A DNA stretch of 61,894 nucleotides, filler included, from Dugesia japonica (GCA_001938525.1; 4 parts of 4 records of this genome joined end to end with filler, not necessarily neighbours in it); one strand, 5' to 3'. Positions 1 through 13,800 are shown, counted from the first letter of the whole stretch. Notes: generated by a model not told the origin, from the letters alone. A program made the numbers and translations.

Positions 1-43
1 TATTTTAATTATAATTATAATTTATAATTAATTATATATTATT

Positions 44-1440
44 TTGAGAACCATGCATATTTTTACAACAAGCAATGTAGGAAATATGTTCAGTTTTTAA
101 TTCTTAGTTTAAAAATACCAAATTTGTTTGGTCATTATAAGTATTTTCCGAATAAATAATTAATTTTATTTAAGGTGGGACATGATACCTAACCATTTTC
201 TATCTTTTGAACTAAAAATATTTTTACAACAAACCCTCTACAAAATATGTTTAGAATTTTATTCTGAATTGAATGCAGTCATTTACATGACCATGCGATA
301 AGTTATGGTCGAGAAATTTATAAAACAAGGTCAACTGTTCCAGTGCGCTAGTACCTTTATCTTGGAAAATAAAATTATTCATTTAGCAAACCCTATAAGA
401 AATATGTTCAGTTTTTAATTCTGAGTTCGAAGATACCAAATTTATTATTTTATCATAAGTATTTCTTGAAAAACTAATTTTTCATCCTTGGTGAGACATG
501 GCACCCAACCATTTTCTATCTTTTGTACTAAAATTACTTTTACAACAAACCTTATACAAAATATGTTTAGAACTTTATTTTGAATAGAATCCTGTTATTT
601 TCATTACCATACGACAAGTATTGATTGAGAAATCTATAAAACAAGGTCAACTGTTCCAGTGCGCTAGTACCTTTTCTGAGAGAACCGAGCATATTCACAT
701 AGCAAACCCTATACANAAATGNTCACCTTTCAATTCTAAGAAGATCCATATCAAATTTGTTTGATTATCATTAGTATTTCTAAAGTTCAATTTTTCATCC
801 TCGGTGGGTCAGGGTAACCGGGAATTTTCTATCTTTTGAACTATGCATATGTCTACAGCAAATCTTGTACATCAAATGCTTAGAATTTTATTCTGAATTG
901 AATACTCTTATTTTCATGATCATACAACAAGTTTTCGCTGAGATATTTGTAGATCAAGGTCGACTGTTTCAGTGCGCTGGTACCCTTTCTGAGAGAACCA
1001 AGCATATTCACATAGCAAAGCCTATAAGAAATATGTTCAGTTTTTAATTCTTAGTTTAAAAATACCAAATTTGTTATTTTATCATAAGTATTTCTTAAAA
1101 AAAAATAATTTTCCATCCTCCGTGAGACATGGCTCCTGGGCATTTTCTATCTTTTGAACTAAAAAAATGTTTATAACAAACCCTATGCAAAATATTTTTG
1201 AAATTTTATTTTGAATCGAATGCTGTTATTTTCATGACCATACGACACGTATTGGTTGATAAATCTATAAAACCAGGTCAACTGTTCCAGTGCGCTAGTA
1301 CTTTTTCCCGGAGAACCAAGCATATCCACATAGCAAACCCTATACAAAAAATATTCACGTTTTAATTCTAGGACGATTAATACCAAAATGGAAACTATAC
1401 GATAAAATTTGACCGAAAATTCTAAAAAATAAATTTTCAA
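44..1440. repeat. Tandem array, unit about 315 bp, about 4.5 copies, subterminal to the motif at 1601-1621
   Basis: Anchor ggtcaactgttccagtgcgctagtac recurs at about 329, 645, 958 and 1276. Each unit has two related halves. Confidence 0.9.
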
Positions 1441-1600
1441 TATTCGACCTTCCCGAGCTAAATTTCAACCGTTCCAGCCCGAATTCGAAAAATATTTTTA
1501 CATATTCGTATCGACTAATCAAAATGCTTCCATATCAAAACAGTCAAAACAATGAAATTAGTAAAACAGACGGCGGCCGGGGGGAGGGGGTGCTGTTCCA

Positions 1601-1621
1601 GTGCGCTAGTATTCATCTACT
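1601..1621 (-). repeat. Putative element terminus AGTAGATGAATACTAGCGCAC (Polinton-type AGT end)
   Basis: Aligns without gaps to six other 21-nt copies in the window and is followed by a C-rich tract. Confidence 0.6.
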
Positions 1622-1705
1622 TTTATATGTTGTAGTATGTCATAATTTTTAGATTTTTTATTATAATTTTTTTATTAAAATGACTGCAGACAAGTGTAAT
1701 GAATA

Positions 1706-1930
1706 TAACATGGTGGCAGCGGTTAATATAGATTCTTTAACTGAACGGATACAGCCAAAAAATACTGAAAAGAGATTGAACTAGAATCCTTTATAAAATA
1801 TGTTAGCTGTGTATGGAGATATTTCAATTGGTAATTGATTTTCAAAATCACAACTATTTTTAGACATAATTTATTTCAATTCTCAATTATATAATTATAT
1901 GAGAATAGAACCATAAATATGTTTATCTAA
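1706..1930 (+). mobile_element. Ty3/gypsy 5' stub: LTR end TAACA, tRNA-Leu-type PBS, gag start
   Basis: taaca-TGGTGGCAGCGGT at 1706-1723. The same junction and a similar gag start (TER..PK) occur at 53957. Confidence 0.7.
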
Positions 1931-1979
1931 AACTTAATCTATTTTTATTGGCTGAATTAATTAATAATTTATTATTTTT

Positions 1980-4340
1980 CTCATAGTATCGCATACCATC
2001 TTTCGTGAATTTTCTCAATTATTCGATAAGACCTTTAAATCTGTTTTGGCTTTTATTTCTTGTTTCTACCTTTATGAAGACATAATCTCCTACTTTGAAT
2101 TCTATAGTCACTTCTGACATTCTTTCTCTCTAAAACGCCTGACTATTACCTATTTTCTCTACTAATTTTCTTTCCCAATAAAATCGCAACCAGGCTCTTT
2201 TCAGCCAATTTCTGCTTTGTTGCGTGCATTGTAAATTCAATTTCCGGTAAAAGATCTGTCTAATCTATTGTGTCTCTCTCCTGAAGTGTTGCATTAATAA
2301 AATCTCCTGGACTGTCTATCAATTTCTCCGTTTGCATTCCGATGACAAGGCCTTTAAAAGTACAGCTTACTGTCTAACTTTTGTGCAAACTCTCTCATAA
2401 CTCTTGATTCGAAGGCTTTCCCACATTTTAGTCTTTTTTCTCTTGGAAAACGAAATCTCAATATCCACTTTTCAAAAATATGTTTTCGTATTGTTTCTTC
2501 GTCTTTTCCCAGCAGTGCTATAATAAACAGATATTTACTTAACTGGTCTATTATTCCTAGTATGTATTTTTTCTGTCCACTTGTTTCCCGCAATGGCCCA
2601 CACATATATGTGATTATGACCTCAAACAAATTGGTAGCTTCTAATCTCTTTGTCTTTTTCAGTTGCTGTTGTCACTACTTTGGTCTTCTGACAAATTTCA
2701 CAACTACAAACTATCTTCTGTATTTGACTTCACAAATTCTTTGCACTATATTTGTCTCTCATATATTCGCACACCTTCTCAACTCCTGCATTAAATAATA
2801 AATTTTGTACTTCTACTTTTCCACGTATTTTGTCATCCGAAATTTGAATTTCTTAATTATGTTTAATTGCGTCCAGTACTCTTGTTTTAGTCTTCATTTT
2901 TTCTTTACATCTTCATGTGGCATTTGACACTGTACACATACTTCACATCTAGGTCTTGATAACATATCTGCATCACCATGTTGAATTTCTTTTCTATATT
3001 CCAACACCATGTTTTGACTACTAAAAAATTAATCTAATGTTAGAATTGTGACTTAATTCAATACTTCGTCGTCATCATTAAAGTTAGATCTTTATGATAT
3101 GTTCTTAGAATAAATCTTTTACCATAAAAGTAATTTTAGAAATGCATACAGAAAAAATAAATAGCCCCTAAATCTTGAGTGTTATCCTTAGTCAACAACT
3201 CTTTCTCTTCCTTCTCGATCTCTCTGTAATAATACTGCACGAATTGTATCGAAACTGGAATATGTATCTAATATAAATTCTTTGTTTTTGTCTGTAAAAT
3301 ACAATATTGGCGCAGTCATTAGAGCTTTCTTCAAACCTCAAAAGTACCGTTTATTTCATCTGTCCATTCTAACTTTTTGTTGCTTGGTCCGCTATTCAAC
3401 TGTTCTAAAATCCCTGATTTTCTTTGCATAGTTGTCTGAAACTTCCTGCAATAATTACAAATTCCTAAGAAACTTCGTAACTTCTTTTCGCGGTTAGGCT
3501 TGCCAAATGGTCTTATTGCTTCTATTTAAACGGATCAATTCTAACAACATCTCTGCTCATTATGTGCCCAAGAAATTTTATTTCGCTTTGAAGAAACTAA
3601 AACTTTTCTGGATTACTTCTTAAACCAGCCTTTATTATTTCAGTCAATACTCTATGAATTACTTCATAGTGTTGATTTTTATTTTTCGTAAATATCAGAA
3701 TATCATCAAGATATACCATGGCTCATTTAATTCGACCTAACACTTTTGTCATCATCTCCTGAAATGTTCTTTTAAAATAATTTTGTTTGTGCTTCGTTGA
3801 AATCGCCGTGTTTTCTTGAAATTTTGTTCGAGCTTTACGTGATAGTATATATTTTGCTCAATCTAAATTACCCAGATTTTCATCAACATAGGAAAGACTT
3901 GTCTTTTCGTTACTGCATTCAATTGTCTAAAATCCAAACATGTTCTTGTGTGTTTCGTTTCTCTTTTCCAAACACAAATCAGTGGGAAATTCCATGGAGA
4001 GTTGCATTTCCGGTTAATATTATTATCGAAAAGGTTTTAGATAGCTTCGTTTAATTTTAGCTTATAAATGCATTGGTTGTCTATACTGTTTCACCAATTG
4101 TAATTATTTTGTGTTTTATCAGATGTGTGCGTCCTTCATGCCATTTATTTGCCATGAAAACATCTTCTTTATTTCCAATTATCTTAAATAACCGTTCATT
4201 GTCTTAAATCTTCAGAATACTTAAATCTCTTGTCATTCGTTATCCTTCTTTAATTTGTCTCTCAAATTTTGCTTCCATAATACAAATGTAATTTTCGAAT
4301 TTTTCATTAGTTTTACTGTACACTTTTTACTTTAATTAGA
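1980..4340 (-). mobile_element. Decayed Ty3/gypsy pol (RT-RNaseH-integrase)
   Basis: CLDFRQLN, YLDDILIF, FLGHIMS, RSFLGICNYCR, ADMLSR and the integrase segment KYILGIIDQLSKY, with many stops and frameshifts. Confidence 0.9.
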
Positions 4341-4792
4341 TGAAACTATTAATCATTATTAATTATTTTCATGCATTGTTTCAGTAACAGTCTTGTTTTC
4401 CTTCCAAACCATTACATTACCTTCTCTGACTTGTACAGTCCGATAGAGCGAATCCATCAAGGTCTTTAGCATCCAATGCGACTTCGTTCATAATTGAACT
4501 TATCAATTAGCTTGCGTAGTTTTAATTAGGCTAAGCTAAATTAGAGTATGTGCATCTCCAGTAGCAGGGCTTCCATCCGTTCAAATGTAATTGAACACCA
4601 CTATAATTGTTTTAAAAACAATCATTCATCATCGTCAATAACTGACTAGACTCAGATCCTTAAAATGGTAAGGAATTCCAAGGAATTTCAACTGTTACTT
4701 ATTTAATACATGGTATTTTTTATATTAGTTAGCACATTTAAAACATCTTTAACACATTTTTGATCATATTAATGGAACCTTTAAATACTATA

Positions 4793-5640
4793 AGTAAGGG
4801 GATACTACCGCACAAAAAAATCTGACTAGCATATCCCCTCCTCGCGGTCAGCAACATTTGGCTTACTGACTGTTTTACTATTTTTGACTGGTAATTTTGA
4901 CTGCCGTCCACTTTTGACTGCTGTTTTACTATTTATTTACCACTGTTTTACTCATTTTGACTGTTTTTCATACGTGTTTTACTATTTTTGAGTGTCAGTT
5001 TTTAGCCCAGCACCGCTATGGCATAGTTGAGCCACCGCTGTGGTAAAATTGTGTCGCGACACAGCTACACTGTGGTAAGATTGTGTCGACGGCACAGCTC
5101 CGCTGTGGTAAGATGCGTCGCCGCAACCACAAATGCATTGTGGAATGTTCACACTGACTAGCACAGCAAATCTGTGCTCAATTTTACAGATTATCATTTC
5201 TAACATGCTTACAAAACCTTCTCGTGAATCATTCAAGACCCTTTAAAATTTAATGTAACCGAGTCAATATGTGTATCGTTCAAACCTTAAGAAAATGACA
5301 AACTTTTTTAACGTGCTTACAAAACACTTATGATAGACCAATGAAAATCCTCGAAACTATTTAAATCTTTTAATATTTTGTTTTATACATTAAAATGTAT
5401 ATTGGTAAAACAATAATGAATTGGTGGACATTTCTATCATGTTTACAAAATCTTATGTTGAACTATTCAAGAGCCTTTAAAATTTTTTCTAATCATCAAT
5501 ATTGGTATCGTTCAGATTGTAATGAGTTGGCGGACATTTTTAGTATTATAAAACGTTATGAATAACCAATGAAAACTCTTGAAACTATTCAAGACCCTTT
5601 AAAATTTCATGTAATCAAGTCAATATGGATAATATTCGAA
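4793..5640 (+). mobile_element. Non-coding element starting with the 21-nt terminus motif, with internal short repeats
   Basis: AGTAAGGGGATACTACCGCAC at 4793-4813, then a C-rich tract and ctgttttact repeats shared with the 1621 end. ctgtggtaa.at.tgtcg occurs three times. Confidence 0.5.
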
Positions 5641-5655
5641 TTGAAATATAAAGAC

Positions 5656-5980
5656 AGTAGGTAGATAGTAGCGCACTGTATCACCCCTCGCCCTCTCACC
5701 CCTCGTTAACGTAATCCGATTATTACATAAGTGATCCAGTATTTTTCTAATGTAAATAGGCGGTGGCACACATTTGTGTGCATTACATAATGTAATTAAT
5801 TTCGTCGCGAGATTATTACATAAGTGATCCAGTATTTTTTATTTTTACTGTGTATTTAGTTGGGAAACCTTTATAGGCTTTTTAAGCAGTAGAATTTAAT
5901 AGGCTTTTTAAGCATTAGAATTTTATAGGCTTTTCAAGCATTAAAATTTTATAGGCTTTTTAAGCAGTAAAATTTTTCAT
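5656..5980 (+). repeat. 21-nt terminus motif plus subterminal direct repeats; possible left end of Maverick copy A
   Basis: AGTAGGTAGATAGTAGCGCAC at 5656-5676, gattattacataagtgatccagtattttt twice, ataggcttttt..agca four times. Confidence 0.55.
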
Positions 5981-6736
5981 GTGTATTTAGTTGAGATTTT
6001 TTGGGTGAGATCGAATCTGGACAATTTTTGGCTGGTTTAGGTGAATTTGGTTAGTTTAGTTTGGGTAATTTTTTGAGTGATTGGGTTAAATGTGGTAAAC
6101 TTTTGACAGTTTTAGGTGAAATTGGTCTCATTTTCCCTCGGGATTGGTTAGTTTAGGTAATTTTTGGGCGAAAAAGTCGAATTTGTTTAAATTTTCAAGT
6201 TTTTTAAAATTATTTTAAACTTTTATGGTAAATTGGTGAAATAATGTCGTTTTTGTTTAAATTTTCAGATTTTTAAAATTTTAAAATCAAATTTTTATGG
6301 AAAACATCCGAAATATCGAAAAATTTTTGAAAAAATTTTTTATCGAGATTTTTATATCAATCGATGAAGAATTCGATGGTGATTATTTTTCACAAATAAA
6401 AATTTTTCGAAAAATTTATTTATCATCTTTACATAATGTAAACATATCTTTTAGATAGAGAATTTTTTGTGATTCTAAATATTTAAAGCTAAAATCGCCA
6501 AAGTTAATACCCGATGAAGAAAAAAGGGTTTTGTTGTGAAAAATCTCAAATTTTGAATTTTGGTGCTCAATTTTCTCTGCGTACATAGTATAGTTTCAAA
6601 TTTGGTATTATTTTACTCAAGAAGGAAAAGTGACTATGCAAAGTTAAAATATAGTCCCGGCAAAAATGCCTCCTAACGAAGACATTCAGCAGTCCTCTCG
6701 GATTTGGTAACTTTTTTCGAAAATTCAAAACGTATC

Positions 6737-7204
6737 TCAAAATTCGTCAACAAGGTATATATTTGATAGAGAATTTTTCACTGATTCCAAATATGTAAAT
6801 ATAAAATCATCAAACATTATAGATAAAAGGTTTGCATAGAAAAAAACATGTACTTCCTTTTTGGGAGTCCGGGAAGGAATTTTAAAATTTAGAGAGGGTA
6901 ACTCGAATTTGAACATCAATTGTTGATTTAACAGGTTTGTTTGCTTAATAAAACATTTTAATATATTTACGATTCCAATCGAATTATTCTTTCTGCATAT
7001 GGTTATTGACGATTTCTTAGGCCTTCGATCATTACTATTAAAAATCAGGCTTTCTAACCTTTGAATTCGGGAATTCAAATTTCCAATTTCAGATTTAGAA
7101 TTAGTCCAATTCGAAGTACTACATTTTACGAAAGTTCGTGAGTGAAATCCATTAGTAGTAGCCATAATATTTTCACAATCAAAATTATTAGTTAATTTAT
7201 TCAT
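6737..7204 (-). CDS. Hypothetical 155-aa ORF with short coiled-coil-like segment
   Basis: ATG-initiated and long for this AT content; no family recognised. Confidence 0.3.
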   Translation of the reverse strand: MNKLTNNFDCENIMATTNGFHSRTFVKCSTSNWTNSKSEIGNLNSRIQRLESLIFNSNDRRPKKSSITICRKNNSIGIVNILKCFIKQTNLLNQQLMFKFELPSLNFKIPSRTPKKEVHVFFYANLLSIMFDDFIFTYLESVKNSLSNIYLVDEF

Positions 7205-7499
7205 ATTAATTGGTAAACATAATCGAGATTATTTTCAAAAAGATTATTTTTAAACAAATTTAACGTTTTTTTATTCTGGAATTAAAATTTTATCAATAGA
7301 TAACAAATCATAATATCAACAGCAATCAATGTCGAGTGCAATATATTTATAATAAATTTTTTTAAAATTTTTTATGCAATCCTGGTTATTTAAAATTTAT
7401 ATAAAACATATTTTCATTTTACAACTTATATTTTATTTAAGTTTACTTAATGTTGTTATTATTTTCTTAATTTTTAAAATAATTTATGTATAGTGATTT

Positions 7500-10480
7500 T
7501 ACTTTTAGCAAGGTCCCTTTCTTTTTTTTAATTGGACTTAGTGAGTATTATGCCAGTTTTGTGAAAATTCCAAATTTTTGCTGAAAAAGCAATGTTTGAA
7601 ATGACACAAGATTTCAGAAGCTTTTTTATTTGAGATTTCTGCACATCAATTTTCTTAAGAATGTTTTCTGTTGAAGGATGTATTGATCCAAGTGATCATA
7701 TGATGCAGGTTAGTAACTCCACTTTGAAATCCTGTTTAATTGATTGTTTTTCTTGTTTCAAAATGGCATATTTTTGTAGGTTTGCACTATCAATCTTTTC
7801 GAAATTATGCATAGAATCAATTAAGTATTTAATGTCAACTAAAAATATTTGCTTTTTTCCATATTGGTTATCATTAAATCAACTCGTTCTTTTGACTCTG
7901 GGACTATAAAACCCATATGATCTACCACAACAATCAATTCTCGATTATTCAATTCATTAGTTATTAGATTTAAGCATCCATTATGTCTTTCTTTGCTAAT
8001 TTCTAAATTTACAGTGCATTTTTGAATGACATGACGTAATGTTTCATCAGATAATTGGCATCGTTGACAACATCTTTCTTTAGTCGTTTTATTCCATGGT
8101 TTAGCTCTTGTTGAAAGACCATTAGTTCGAGCTTTGTGAGCAAAGTTTCATTCAAATTCGTTTATTTCGCTTTTAAAAATAAGTTTGTTTGTAAACGAAG
8201 ATACTTTTATCACGGAAATAATGAATTTGTTGATGATACTATTTTCCCATTTTTCTAAATATGACTCAGATAGTGCATTATGAATTGTTCTGGAAAGATT
8301 ATTTCGAGAAACTAAGCTGTAAGTATTAGTACCAGAAGTGTTTGGGGCTAAGTTCAAGTTTAGTTCATTCTCTTTAAATTCAAATGAAATGCTAATATGG
8401 TTTTTCTTTTTAAGGTTTTGTATAGCAGTGCGCAATATAATGAATCTTGTTTTCTTAGAAATTTTGTTGGTAAATTTTCTTTGCCATTAATCCATTCAAG
8501 ACATTCACTAGGATTGGCAGTAAGTTGATTAATTCGTGGAGCTTTGACAAAACACATCGAATCAAGATTTAGGTTTCTTGAATATTCATATTTAGATGTC
8601 AGAAGTCTGAAAAAATGAACAACACTTTACGTGTGATATTTGTCAAGTAAATCAGCACAACCCACTCCCCCATAATTAGTTGAAGTGTAGAAATAATAGA
8701 TTTCAGAGTGATGAGATAGATTCATAATCTTTCGCAATTGANTTCTTAATTTAGCCAGAGTTCCAATTTTAATGTTTCGTGTCCAAAACGGAAATATAAG
8801 CTTGGAATAAAGAAATATCTTATAAGCTTTGAGCTTTTGCCACCCAAATAGTTTCGAGTTTGTTATTTTTTCAGTATCAATAATAATCTTTTCGAGAATT
8901 CTAAAAGGGCTTTGATCATTATTGTCACCTACAGGCACACCGAGATACTGATATAATTCATGATTTTGTAACATCTTGATATACTTATTGTGAAGTATTA
9001 TTTTATTTCTGTTTTTTGTTTGAGGTGACTGAAAATATTCACATTTTTTTGGGAGAAATTCAAATCTAATCAATTTAGCTATTTCAATGACTTTTTAAAT
9101 AATTGCTTGAAGATCGTTAATGTTTGTTGCAATAACAGCAATGTCATCAGCATACGCTAACGTCTGAATAATAGAATTACCTAGCATGAAGGGCGGAATA
9201 TTTGTGGAATTGATAGCTTCTAAAACAGGATTAGTTGCAAAAGAAAATAATATCATTGATATTGGACACCCTTGTTTTACATCCTTTTTAATTGAAATAT
9301 TTCCTATTCTTAGGGAACCACAACAATAAAATGAGCTGGTGTTAGTGTAAAGTAGCTTTATGAGATTAACAAAATTAATAGAAACACCGTTAAATCTTTA
9401 TAGCGACCACATTTTTTCATGCAGAACACTACCAAAAGCGTCATTGATGTCTAACCATCCAATTGCAATTGGACTGTTTTTTGATATTTAGAATGTTCGA
9501 GAGCAGCAGATAAAATAGAGTTATGTTCGATGCATCCGTCATGCTCAGAACCACCTTTTTGGCTAATGTGCAAATTATCGTTAAATTTCTTTGCGTCGGA
9601 TTCTTTGCGTCAAGATAGCTGCAAACCATTTATATAGAACGGATAGTAAGGCAATTGGTCTCCAGAATTAAATTTTATCGTATTCATCATTTTTATCGGG
9701 TTTTGGTATCAAAGTAGTTTTGTAGGTTTTCCAGCTATTTGGAATTTGACCCAGAGAAATAATTTTATTATAGAATGCTGTAAGAACTTTTACCTCTGGA
9801 TCCAAATTTTCAAGTCACGATAATAATCTTGTCCATGAGTTGTGTTGTTAGTCCGCTTCAATACGTTTAACAATTCAATAGTATTAATTGCTTCTAGATC
9901 CAAAATAGATTCAGACTTTCTACCAAATAGTCTAATTGTTTCATCCCAGTTGCCAATTTCTGGGTCAAATTGATTAAAATGTTTGATTATGTTATCTAGA
10001 GTTGGTTTAATATTGATTTGATTATTATTAATAATTTTGTACACATTTTTCTTTATATCTTTTAAAAATTGAAATCTAACATCGAACCTATCCGATTGAT
10101 TATCAATGTATTTTTTTACCTAAATACGGTTTTCTAATATACGAATCAGATGATAAATGCGGAATTTGTTTTAGAATAATATTTTCGATCAAGTCCACAA
10201 TATATAAGCTCTCGATAGTAATGAATAATTGATTTTCTATCATTTTACGTTCATTTACAGATGTTTTATTATTTTTTTTTATTTCACTGTCACTTATTTT
10301 CAAAGGATTAGGACCATGGGAAATAATTGAAGATATACAATTAATAACATCAGCAATTTCTATCAAATTTAAATTAATAAGTGCACGATCAAGTGCAAAG
10401 TTTTTGATAAATGCACATAATAAAATATTACTGAAAAGACCAGAGCCACGAAAGTCATGTGGACATTTACCAAGGTTAGC
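7500..10480 (-). mobile_element. Decayed non-LTR retrotransposon with C-terminal restriction-like endonuclease (R2/R4/NeSL-group architecture)
   Basis: WRPIALLS, KQGCPIS, LAYADD (about 9145-9160) and YQYLGV RT motifs. CQRC..ETLRHVIQKC knuckle (about 8020-8075), RHN, then LVDIK...KY nuclease region. Confidence 0.88.
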
Positions 10481-10481
10481 A

Positions 10482-10710
10482 TTTAAAGGCAAAGGGAGTG
10501 TAGAAAGTTACAAAAGGTAACGGCATTTATTTAAATCCTTATCAAGAAAAAGATGTATATAATATTATAAATAATTTAATTAATCAATCAAACTTACCTG
10601 ATTCAGTCAAACCATTAATAAATGAAACAGGAAAAAAATTGAAATTAGGAGGTATTGTTAAAATAAAAGAATCAAAGCATGGTTTAGGAATATATATGAG
10701 ACCTTATTAA
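10482..10710 (+). pseudogene. C-terminal part of pX-like core protein
   Basis: GIYLNPYQ...KLGG...HGLGIYMRPY*, homologous to 40804-41033. Confidence 0.75.
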
Positions 10711-10768
10711 ACCTTTCGTTCCACACGCATAATGAGTGCGTTATTAAACAATTATTTTATATTTAAAA

Positions 10769-11612
10769 ATGTATGAAGATAGAATTACTTTATTAAAACA
10801 ATTAATCAAAGAACAAGATAAATATAATAATAAAGAATTATCTGAAAATACAGAATCAACAAATCTTAATTATGTTTTAACACAACAGCAAACACTTACA
10901 TTAAAAATATTAGAAAGAATAGATAAAACAATATTAACAAAACAACTAGCTTCATTTAAAAATATTAAACAAACTAAACCATCTATTAAGGATAAAAAAA
11001 GAAGATCAGCAACTTCCACCACCAATTGATACTGATAAATCTGAACCAGTTGATATGAATCGAGATATTACTAATCCAATAACAGCAACAATTTATCCTG
11101 AATTTACTGTCCAAACTTTAAATAATGTTAACTATAGAATTATAACTATTAATAAACATCCCTTTTTGCTTTATAAAAGAAATGGAACACGATATATGCA
11201 TTCGCAATTAGATAAAATTGAATTAGAATTTACAAAATGATTTAGAGAATTTACTTCTAGATAAAAACTCTAATAATAAAGATGAAAAAAACAAATTTTT
11301 AAACTTAATCAAATTATGTAAATCATCTACAACAAATAATTACAAAAAAAGTTTAAAACATTATGCTATATCTAATGACGGGCCAATAATTCAAGAAGGA
11401 AGGGGTATAATTAGTCATCTTTACTCAATTAGTGATTAAGAAGATGATGATAATCCTATTAATCTATTTATTGAACTAATTAAATTTTTTGCTGCTCAAA
11501 AACTGGACATAATAATGTTGATCAACAAATTAAAAGTATTCTTAGTAAATTAATAATTAATCATTTGATTTCAACAGTTAAGTATAATTATTTTTTGACG
11601 AAAAAAAAATAA
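10769..11612 (+). pseudogene. Conserved Maverick ORF (PZ-like C-terminus), frameshifted
   Basis: Homologous to 41052-41878; ends NPINLFIEL..FAAQK.GHNNV. Confidence 0.7.
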
Positions 11613-11613
11613 A

Positions 11614-12329
11614 ATGGAAAAGNAAATGGAAAAGCTAATTAATTTAATGAGTTCCAAATTCTTAACAACTATATCAAGACAATCAAAAACATCTAAATTT
11701 AAAATTGATTTTCCTAAAACTATAGAATTAAATAAAGACTTTATTTATGAATTAGGATTATTATGGTTTAGTTGTTATAATACTATTTTTAATATTAATA
11801 ATTCAATTAATAAATTTCAATTAAATGATAAAGTAATTGTGATTAATCCAGCGCGTATGAAATTAAAGAATTAAATGAAAAACTTAAATTATACAAAATA
11901 GAAATTAAAGCTGATTTATTTACATCTAAATGTAAATTAACTATTCCAAAAGTTCAAATATTACTTATTGAAAACACATCTTTCTTTCATACAATTTAAG
12001 GATTTAATCCGGGTGTTTATAATAAAGAAGGGAAATATACAAGTACTAATAAGATTCACATAATAAATATCACAGCAATAAATATTACTTGTGATTTTAT
12101 TAAAGGTAGTTATGTTAACGGTAAAGAAGAAAATGTTTTATATTCTTTTNCTATAAACACTGTACCTTTTGAATATAAATTTGTTGAAAGAATGTCTAAT
12201 CATTTTTATATTCTTGTAATTAAAAAATTAATTGAATCAATAAAGATTTCTGTTGTTGATGAATTTAATAATTTAAAAGATTTTAACGGTGAAACTATTA
12301 GTATATTTTTACATTTAAAATAGGTTTAA
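11614..12329 (+). pseudogene. Minor capsid protein (penton-like)
   Basis: F..TIEL..YELGL...YNTIFNI...INITCDFIKGSYVNG...LYSF...SVVDEFNNLKDFNGETISIFLHLK, typical of Maverick mCP. Confidence 0.85.
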
Positions 12330-12343
12330 TAAAATAATAAAAA

Positions 12344-12845
12344 ATGAATTATTCACTGATAAATCATACAGCAATTTACTATTCAATACTTGATTTTTTA
12401 AAAAGATTTGATATTAATACTAAAACAAATTTTGATTTAAAAGAATATTCTATTCAATTAAATTTACCTNTTCAAATATTAATGAACGATGAGCTTTATA
12501 AATTAAAGACAACTAAAAAACTCAATGGGCTTTAGAAGACCCAAAATCCTGAAAGATTTACCGTTATTAATAATTATCAAAGCTCAAATAAAAATGTATC
12601 TCATTGGGTTTGTTTCAAGGACAAACTATTTTATTTTGATTCATACGGTATTAAACCTACGGATGAAGTAAAAGCTTTTTTAAATAAAATTTTTTTTTAA
12701 CAAAATAAAAGTACAACCAAATGAAACAAATATATGTGGTATATTATGTCTTTATGCTTTATACATGTTGAACAATACAGGTATTTCGTTTGATAAAATT
12801 ATTGGTTCTATTTACTGAGATTTAGAAACACTTTTGAATAAATAA
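12344..12845 (+). pseudogene. Adenain-like cysteine protease
   Basis: SHWVC, YFDSYG and VQPNETNICGILCLY catalytic motifs across frameshifts. Confidence 0.88.
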
Positions 12846-12861
12846 ACAAAACAAAATAAAA

Positions 12862-13800
12862 ATGAGTACTTTTATACCTAGAAATATATTTGGTTCACCT
12901 AATCACTCAAGTGATTCATTTTTAGAAGATGTAATTAAACATACTGAAGCTAAATTAGCCAAACCTTTAAAACACAAGTTTAATAATAAAATTACTAGTG
13001 AGATAAATAATATTGATAAAGTTTATGTATATGAATCCGGCGATAAAATAGAAAAACTTAAAATAGAATAGATAAAATAGAAAAAGTTATTCAAGAACCT
13101 AAAACTGATAATGATNTTGTAAATAATAAATATTTAAAGAAATATACTAATATCAAATTAAAAATGATCTTCTTTGTGATACACATAATAGAACAAAGTT
13201 TAGAATAGATACCTTTATTACTAGAGTGAATGATATGATTGAAACTAAAATATCAAAATTTAAAACTAAATTAGATAAAGAAATTAAAGATCTAATAGAT
13301 AATGAAGTAAAATCTTTAAAAGATATAAAAAAAGTCGAGTTAAAATCAAATGATAATTTTAATCAAGTTACATTTATTTCTTTTAAAGAAAGGCAATATA
13401 AAAAGATTAAATCTTTACAAGATAATGTGAAACAAGTTGATGAAAATAAAATAGAAAACAGGAACTACTCATGGCCACAAAGAGTCTTCAAACAGAGTTT
13501 AACAATAAATTAAATAATAATGATTCAAAATTACATTTCTTTAAACATTTATATATTAATACTTTTAATAGTTATTTATTATCAAACATTAATATGAAAA
13601 AGTATATAATTTATAAATAAGGTTTTGGTTATCATCAAACTTTCTTTTTTGGTTTAGATAATATAAATGATAATTTAAATTATGAAGATCTAAGTGGTAA
13701 TGGATTAACTATAAAAGGTAAACCTGATTTAAGATAAAAAAATAAACCAGATGGAAAAATTTCTTATATTAGTCGTTGTGAGTATCGATTCATGAATTTC
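12862..13800 (+). pseudogene. Maverick ORF, possibly fibre/spike-like with coiled coil
   Basis: Directly follows the protease with a TAAAAATG start. EPKTDNDxVNNKYL resembles the fibre P..D..NK.YV motif. Confidence 0.45.

Noticed and set aside
44-1440. CRISPR-like repeat-spacer array
   Set aside because: Whole units are homologous, there are no unique spacers or cas genes, and the context is eukaryotic.
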